Assembly (NCBI GenBank): GCA_040755855.1
Contig: JBFMAD010000003.1
Location: 96,001 to 160,000 of the forward strand
Source of the DNA: Planctomycetota bacterium
Lineage (GTDB): Bacteria > Planctomycetota > Brocadiia > JAADGH01
Reading direction: 5' to 3'
Length of the DNA: 64,000 nt
Position numbers and translations under genes: made by a program. The notes under the pieces were generated by a model that was given only the letters and a program-made list of their open reading frames with translations, was not told the origin of the DNA and ran no database searches. Positions 57,854 through 64,000 of the stretch are shown here, piece after piece; within the stretch, counting starts at the first letter, position 1; each line of letters starts with the position of its first letter.

Positions 57854-59563
57854 CTATTCCAGCTTATACACCCGCACATCATCATACCATGCCGCATCCT
57901 CCGCCGATTCCTGGTCGCTGACGCCGAGGAGGATGACGAGCTTGCCGACGGTCTCGGGAATCTCGACTACTCCAAACAGCTCCGCCCACTGGTCGCGCGG
58001 GCCGTCGGCGAGGATGAACTTGTCCTGCGTCTCGAACGTCCACTTGCCCTCCGCCGTCTGCCAGCGCACGCGGATGCGGGAATCGCCCTTGCCCTGGATC
58101 TTCCGCACGGCCTGGATGGCGTAGCGTTCGCCTGCGGCAACGTCATAGCTCTGAATGAAGCATCCGTCTTTCACATTCGCGGCGCGCGCTGATCCCTTTC
58201 CGCCCGCGCCCGCCTCGCGGTCCCAAGTAAACGTGCCCTTGGAATCGCTGTGCTGCCAGGCATGCCACCCGGCGGGACAGCCGCCTTCCTTCCAATCTTC
58301 CTGCACGCCGCCGGGGGAGGCAGGCGGCGCGGTAGTGGAACCGAAGTCGGCATTGCGGGCCAAGTTGACCAGATTGCCATCCTTTTCCAACTCGCCAAGC
58401 TGCCTCCGCCCATACTCCACCGGATCGCGCGCGAACCAGAGCGCCTTCTCGCTGCCCGGCAGCGCCTCCGGCCAGGACTGCTCGTTGACGCGCTTATTCG
58501 GCGTGGGCCACCAGCGGAACTTCTCGCCGTAGATCCAGACGTACTCGTCCGCCACTCTCATCGCCGCGCCCACGTTGGCCCGGAGTTGGTGGAGGCGCGA
58601 CGGAAGATTCGTTTTCATGTAATACTTTGATCCCTCCGGGTTCGAGTAGGCGTCGAGATAGATGCCGAAGCTCACCTGCACCTGTGCGCGATACTTGGCC
58701 CGGTTCTCCGGCGACACCAGTTCCTGGCACGCGCCCTTGATCATGAGGGCCGATTCCACGTACTGCATCACGCTGTTGTACATGTAGGCGTACTCGCACC
58801 CGTCCACCAGCGTCACCGTGGGCGGCATGACATCGAGCCAACCATCCACGAAGGGCGGCAGCAGCCCGTAGCCCAATCGTTCCAGCATGGGCCGCGGGTC
58901 TTTGTGCCCGGTGGCCGTCGCGCATGAAATATTCATAAAATAGCAGAAGATCGTGATGTCGGGGTATTCCGAAAGGATGGCCTCCATCACCTGCCGACCG
59001 CGCTCGCGGGCCTGGGCGTGATACTCGTTGAAGGTATGTTTCTCCTTCTCCGGCTGCGCGGAGTAAGCGAACTGGATATGGGGCTTGGTATAGGGCTCTG
59101 GGTCGAAGAGGATGCCCTTGAATCCCCCTTGCTTCGCCACCCATGCAGCGATGCGCCAGTGCTCGACGATCTGCTTCCAACCTTCGTCGTCGAACCAATC
59201 CACGTTGCCGGGGTTCGCGCCGATGGTGATGAAGTTGTCCGTGAAGCGCGTGAACTTGCACGCCTTCATCTGGTCAACGCACGGCTGGAACCACTCGCGC
59301 TTCCATTCCTCGTTCTTGAACGCGGCGCGCATCTGGCAGCGTTTCTCTGCGTCAATCTTCCCCTCGCAGACGATCACGACTCCATCGAAGGGCCGCTTCT
59401 CTATCTCCGCCAGGTTCGCAAGCAACCGTTCGGTGTCCGGCTTGTCCCATCCGGTGGCGATGAGCTTCTTGGGGCGGCGCATGTCTTTGATTTCATCAGC
59501 CCGTCCAGTCATCATGCCTATGAGAAAAGCCGCCGCAACAAAGGCGAATACCATGCGCGCCAT
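57854..59563 (-). CDS. Secreted hypothetical protein; TIM-barrel-like N-terminus and carbohydrate-binding-like C-terminus
   Basis: Signal peptide; PFDGV, DWFDD, GF.GILFDPEPY; C-terminal NL..NADF...WYDDV. Confidence 0.7.
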   Translation of the reverse strand: MARMVFAFVAAAFLIGMMTGRADEIKDMRRPKKLIATGWDKPDTERLLANLAEIEKRPFDGVVIVCEGKIDAEKRCQMRAAFKNEEWKREWFQPCVDQMKACKFTRFTDNFITIGANPGNVDWFDDEGWKQIVEHWRIAAWVAKQGGFKGILFDPEPYTKPHIQFAYSAQPEKEKHTFNEYHAQARERGRQVMEAILSEYPDITIFCYFMNISCATATGHKDPRPMLERLGYGLLPPFVDGWLDVMPPTVTLVDGCEYAYMYNSVMQYVESALMIKGACQELVSPENRAKYRAQVQVSFGIYLDAYSNPEGSKYYMKTNLPSRLHQLRANVGAAMRVADEYVWIYGEKFRWWPTPNKRVNEQSWPEALPGSEKALWFARDPVEYGRRQLGELEKDGNLVNLARNADFGSTTAPPASPGGVQEDWKEGGCPAGWHAWQHSDSKGTFTWDREAGAGGKGSARAANVKDGCFIQSYDVAAGERYAIQAVRKIQGKGDSRIRVRWQTAEGKWTFETQDKFILADGPRDQWAELFGVVEIPETVGKLVILLGVSDQESAEDAAWYDDVRVYKLE

Positions 59564-59751
59564 GTTACACCTCCCGCTTCCTATGTCTCTTGTCCACGTA
59601 TCCTGCATTACTCTATGCCGAACGCCGCGCAACGTCCAGTCCTTTTTCCGTTGTGGATCGCCAGACTCCCGACTATAATCATCGCCTGAAGTTGTCGGAC
59701 GACTGCATCACACACAGGACTGTCACCGGAACCCGGTTGGAGGCGCTCGCG

Positions 59752-62415
59752 ATGGTTCGGTCGCAAAGCAGCATGATCGTGTTCGTTCTGTTGAGTTCCA
59801 TTGCCACGGTTTTGGCGCAACCCAAGATTGGGATACCCGAGATCGTTGAGCCAAGCGGCCTCCGCCACGCGGCCGAGTTCCGTTTTGACATGCAGGCGCG
59901 CTACCAGAACCCGTACGACCCGGATGAGATTCGGGTGGACGCCCTCGTTATCGGGCCATCGGGACAGAATTGGGTCGCGCCGGCGTTCTGGTTTGAACCG
60001 TACAGCAGGACGGTCGAGGAATCCAAGCTCGAACTGGACCAGATTCGGCTCTTTCGCTTTTATATATCCGCGTCGGAATTCGGGAAGAACCAGACGATCC
60101 GCTTTGCCCTTGATGACATCGAGCTGCTGAACTCGAAGACCGGCGTTAGGAGAATTATTGACGACTTCGAGGGAGACATCCGATGGCAAGCCCAACAGGG
60201 TGTTACCATTGAAAAGAGCGACGATCAGACCCACGGCGGCAAGTCGGCCCTGCATGTCACCATCGTGACCAATGAAGAGGGCAGCGGTTGGCCGGGTGTG
60301 AACCTGAGCCTCAACAACGAGGACTGGTCAGCTTACGACTCCATTCGCATATGGGTCCGCCCCTTGCGCGGGCTGGAGCGCGGGACAATCGGCTGCGAGT
60401 TCTACAACGTCCAGCGACACAAGTTCCAGACGCACATCTACGAGCCGTCGGCGATCATTCAACCGCCGACATGGCACGAAAGCGAATGGATGCTGCGCGC
60501 ACCCATGCCCAGGTCGGTCTGGGCGCCGGCCGGCCAGGGATCGTGGCGCGTGCGCCTCGCCGTCCCCGAAGATGGGGACTACTCGATTCGGCTGAAGGCA
60601 AAGGATGCATCGGGCGAAACCGAAGGGGCAACGGCAACATTCCAATTGAAGCGCACGGAACCGGACGGGTTTCTTCGCGTTGACGAGAATACGAAGCGCT
60701 ATTTGCGCTTCGATTCGGGCAAGGCGTACCTGGCCAGCGGGACAAACCTCATCAGCAGCGACGTTACGGTCAATGAGTACTACGTCCCCAAGTTCGCTGC
60801 GGCGGGATGCAATTTCATGCGCTTCTGGTTGTCCGGGCGATCGCTGGGCATCGAGCGGGACAAGCTCACGCAATACGACCAGGAGCGCGCGGCGGCGCTT
60901 GACGTGTTTGTCAATCTCGCACGAGACCATAACACGTATCTCATGTTCTGCCTGACCGACTTCCGCGAGGCTGGCGATTACCACGACCAACATTACTGGA
61001 AGGATGTGGCCTATTCAAAAGTTTGTGATACCCCGCACGAGTTCTTCCGCGGCGAGACGGCGATCCATGCCTATCAGAAGCGTCTTCGCTATGTCGTCGC
61101 GCGATGGTCGGCCAGCGCCGCCGTGCATAGCTGGGAGTTCTTCAACGAGGTCAACATCACCAACTCGTGGAAGGACGAGCCGGACTCCGTCCGCACATGG
61201 CATCGAATCATGGCCGAGCATCTTCGCGCTATTGACCCCTACAAGCATGTCATTACTTCCAGCTTCGCCCAGATCGAGGACGACGATCTCTGGACGCAGC
61301 CGCTCATGCAGATTTCCCAGCGGCATTTCTACACGGGCGATTTCGTGTCCTTCGCCGATGCTCTGAGCGAGGCGACGCGCATCCTCGAACATCACGAGAA
61401 GCCGAGCCTCGTCGGCGAGTTCGGCCGCGCCAAGAACCGATACACCAAGGAGGACGCCGAGGGCGTGAGCCTGCACAACGGCATCTGGGCCCCGCCTATG
61501 TCCGGCAGCTCCGGCACGGGCATGCCGTGGTGGTGGGAATGGATAGACCAATACGACCTCTACCGCCACTACGCGGCATTCTCGGAATTTGTCAAGGATG
61601 TGCGGTGGCATGAGGAGGGATTCGTCCCGATTGAGGCAAAAGACATCAAGACAGAGATCGCCGACGATCCGAAAAGCCGGCCCCTGCAGGTCGTTCGAAT
61701 CACACCCGTTTCCGGTTCATTCCAGGAGGCCACGTTCAATCGGCCTGTGACGGTCACGGTGAAAAATGACGGGACGCTCGACCCGCCCGACCTCATCAGC
61801 AATTTTCCCCATGGAATCCGCCATCACAAGGACCTTCACAATCCCCAAACGTTCCGGGTGAATTTCCCGGAAGCTGGCACATTCAACGTCTATGTCGGCG
61901 GCGTGTCGGGCCATGGCGGCGCGACGCTCAAGATCGTGCTCGACGGCGAAGTGAAACTCGACAAGCCCTTTACCGATGCCAGCAAGGAAGACACGCAGAT
62001 GATGACGGAGTATAACGGGTGCTACTCCGTGGATGTCCCCCCTGGCGAGCACACGATCACGCTGGAGAACACAGGCACCGACTGGTTCCGCATGCCGCTC
62101 ATCACGCTGACAAACTACGGCGAGGCCAGGCCGGAGGTGGAGGTCCTCGGCCTGCGCGGGAAGCAGTCCTGCCTGCTCTGGGTGCGGAACGCGACGTATG
62201 TCTGGTATGCGCCGCTCGTGGACCTGAAGCCCGTCGCCGCGCGGGACGTAGTGCTGCGCATGTCGGGTCTGGACCACGGCAAGTACGAAGCGAGACTCTT
62301 CGATCCCCAGACTGGCAAGTGGCTAAAGACACTAAACATCGAGTACAATGGCGGGATCGCGATCCCCCTGGGAACGATTGTGAAAGACATGGCCGTTCGA
62401 CTGACCAAAAAATAG
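59752..62415 (+). CDS. DUF5060/GH5-like secreted glycoside hydrolase with CBM-like inserts
   Basis: NPYDP.EI.V, RY.VARW, WEFFNEV (acid/base), DPY.H..T.S, VGEFG (nucleophile), WWW. Confidence 0.8.
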   Translation: MVRSQSSMIVFVLLSSIATVLAQPKIGIPEIVEPSGLRHAAEFRFDMQARYQNPYDPDEIRVDALVIGPSGQNWVAPAFWFEPYSRTVEESKLELDQIRLFRFYISASEFGKNQTIRFALDDIELLNSKTGVRRIIDDFEGDIRWQAQQGVTIEKSDDQTHGGKSALHVTIVTNEEGSGWPGVNLSLNNEDWSAYDSIRIWVRPLRGLERGTIGCEFYNVQRHKFQTHIYEPSAIIQPPTWHESEWMLRAPMPRSVWAPAGQGSWRVRLAVPEDGDYSIRLKAKDASGETEGATATFQLKRTEPDGFLRVDENTKRYLRFDSGKAYLASGTNLISSDVTVNEYYVPKFAAAGCNFMRFWLSGRSLGIERDKLTQYDQERAAALDVFVNLARDHNTYLMFCLTDFREAGDYHDQHYWKDVAYSKVCDTPHEFFRGETAIHAYQKRLRYVVARWSASAAVHSWEFFNEVNITNSWKDEPDSVRTWHRIMAEHLRAIDPYKHVITSSFAQIEDDDLWTQPLMQISQRHFYTGDFVSFADALSEATRILEHHEKPSLVGEFGRAKNRYTKEDAEGVSLHNGIWAPPMSGSSGTGMPWWWEWIDQYDLYRHYAAFSEFVKDVRWHEEGFVPIEAKDIKTEIADDPKSRPLQVVRITPVSGSFQEATFNRPVTVTVKNDGTLDPPDLISNFPHGIRHHKDLHNPQTFRVNFPEAGTFNVYVGGVSGHGGATLKIVLDGEVKLDKPFTDASKEDTQMMTEYNGCYSVDVPPGEHTITLENTGTDWFRMPLITLTNYGEARPEVEVLGLRGKQSCLLWVRNATYVWYAPLVDLKPVAARDVVLRMSGLDHGKYEARLFDPQTGKWLKTLNIEYNGGIAIPLGTIVKDMAVRLTKK

Positions 62416-62439
62416 TGTCACAAGGAGGATAACCGGCAA

Positions 62440-64000
62440 ATGAGTTCATATCCAAGCATTCAACGTCCAGCAATCACGGTCTTGCTGTGCATCCTTGCCA
62501 TCGGGTCATCGGACTGCTACGCCCGCACCATCCTCCGCGAGTCATTCGAGACGACCTCAATGGTCCACTGGGGCCATGCCTGGGGCAGCGCCGCGGTAGT
62601 CACGGAGCAGGCCCACGCGGGAACGAAGTCCCTCAAGTGCATCGTCGAGGACAAGTACGGCATGTCCGTCCACTATTGCGATTTTCCTGCACGACCCGGA
62701 GCGACCTACGAACTCTCCGCATGGCTCCTCATACCGAAGCAGGAGAAGGAGTGCTGCCCCGTCCTCCAACTATGCACCGAGCAATGGGGGCCGATGCTCG
62801 CCCAGGCCAAGCCGGAAAAGACGGGCGAATGGGTGCAACTTCGTTGTTCGTGGAAGAACGAGGAGAACCGAGCGACCGTCCGCGTGGCCCTGCACAACGC
62901 CCCCATGAAGGCGGGCCTCGGCGGCGCATACTACTACTGGGACGATGTCACACTTGCGGAAGAAGGAGGTACCATGGAAGTTCCCGGCGCACGTGGGAAG
63001 AATCCCAATGTCATCCAGGGTCTCGCCGTCACACCGGCGGGTGGGATGAAGATCGCCATCGCTGCGGGAAAGGCGCACGTCGCCGACCGCGAGGTGACCG
63101 TCGAGGCGGCAACCGTTGACATCGCGCCGCAGCGTGTGCTCGTCATCCACTATGAGCAGCATCGCCTCAGCGATGAGGCCCCCGGCGGATACGCCAAGGC
63201 GACCGCTCTCACGCACTGCGTCGGCATGGGCCCGACGCTGCCGGGCATCGTCGATCCCGCGTCCATCGTCGTGAAAGAGAAACCCGATGGCGACCTGATC
63301 TACGAAAAGGGCAAGGACTGGCGCGCGGATGACCTCTGGGGCCGCATCGGCCGCATCCCGGAGGGCCGGATCAAGGCGGAACAGACGGTGTTTGTGGATT
63401 ACCGCGTCCGACTGCAGCGCGTTGACACGATCTGCATCTCTTTCGATGGAAAGGTTTATGCACGCCAGGGCGTCAGCGAGAAGGTCTGCCCCACGATTCC
63501 CGGGGCGGATTATGGCAGTCTGGCCCTATGCAACATATACCTCCCCTTCGGCTGCGCGGAGATCACCGAGGAGAACATCTATCCTATCGGGCTGCCCTTT
63601 CCCCATCCCGACCTGGATTTTCTGGAGACGCACCGCCAGCGTGTGGCCGAGTTCCGGGCGAAGCTCGATCGCGGCGAGGACGTGACCCTCGTCACGTGGG
63701 GCGACTCGGTCACATGCGGCGGCGACGCGACAAGGCCGGAGTATCGCTTCGCCGACGCCTTCGTCCAGGCCCTGCGATACAAGTATCCCCAGGCGCGGAT
63801 CAAACTCGTCAACGCGGGACGCGGCGGGTGGAACTCGAACAAGAGCCTTCCGCTTTTCGAGGACGACGTGCTCAAACACAAGCCCGACCTCGTCACAATC
63901 GAGTACGTGAACGACATGGGCATTACCGAGGAGAACATGCGGAAGAATTATTTTGAGGCCATTGACCGCATTCGCGCCATCGGCGGCGAGGTGATCATCA
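62440..64000 (+). CDS. Secreted SGNH/GDSL hydrolase with N-terminal CBM-like domain (3' partial; absent from the ORF track because it has no stop in the window)
   Basis: AAGGAGG RBS, ATG 62440 MSSYPSIQRPAITVLLCILA...; near the window end VTWGDSVT, NAGRGGWNS, PDLVTIEYVND (SGNH blocks I-III). Confidence 0.85.
   Translation, partial: MSSYPSIQRPAITVLLCILAIGSSDCYARTILRESFETTSMVHWGHAWGSAAVVTEQAHAGTKSLKCIVEDKYGMSVHYCDFPARPGATYELSAWLLIPKQEKECCPVLQLCTEQWGPMLAQAKPEKTGEWVQLRCSWKNEENRATVRVALHNAPMKAGLGGAYYYWDDVTLAEEGGTMEVPGARGKNPNVIQGLAVTPAGGMKIAIAAGKAHVADREVTVEAATVDIAPQRVLVIHYEQHRLSDEAPGGYAKATALTHCVGMGPTLPGIVDPASIVVKEKPDGDLIYEKGKDWRADDLWGRIGRIPEGRIKAEQTVFVDYRVRLQRVDTICISFDGKVYARQGVSEKVCPTIPGADYGSLALCNIYLPFGCAEITEENIYPIGLPFPHPDLDFLETHRQRVAEFRAKLDRGEDVTLVTWGDSVTCGGDATRPEYRFADAFVQALRYKYPQARIKLVNAGRGGWNSNKSLPLFEDDVLKHKPDLVTIEYVNDMGITEENMRKNYFEAIDRIRAIGGEVII

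Noticed and set aside
1..64000. tRNA, rRNA or tmRNA genes
   Set aside because: No cloverleaf with a T-loop in proper context and no rRNA-like tract in the intergenic regions by eye; a tRNAscan/Infernal run would be decisive

Overview
GC-rich, gene-dense bacterial chromosomal segment. Gene content and intergenic repeat style suggest a Planctomycetota/PVC-like organism, which is inference only. It carries about 58 CDS. Housekeeping genes include dtd, rsfS, a membrane pyrophosphatase, recG, ccsA/resB, aspS, hisS, a family-4 UDG, nrnA, tmk and nadE. There are two peptidoglycan amidases and many carbohydrate-related enzymes (TIM-barrel isomerases, Gfo/Idh/MocA, Zn-dehydrogenases, DUF2961/GH172, GH5-like, SGNH). 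It also has a PilH/PilI/PilG-like ABC trio, two tandem pilin-like paralogs, and a YefM-YoeB toxin-antitoxin pair followed by an orphan VapB. I found no rRNA, tRNA, CRISPR array or transposase by eye. The best candidates for unexplained biology are: (1) an HTH + dual-OB-like + 2x DUF488 cassette converging on recG; (2) a 156-bp element with perfect 25-bp terminal inverted repeats and an internal 15-bp hairpin upstream of recG; (3) a perfect TTGACA-17-TATAAT promoter pointing at about 200 nt of non-coding DNA with two palindromes; (4) a Zn-ribbon/Thr-motif linker fused to a Gfo/Idh/MocA dehydrogenase; (5) a roughly 55-aa insertion in a catalytic loop of a Na+,H+-type PPase. All calls come from motif recognition by eye, with no database searches.
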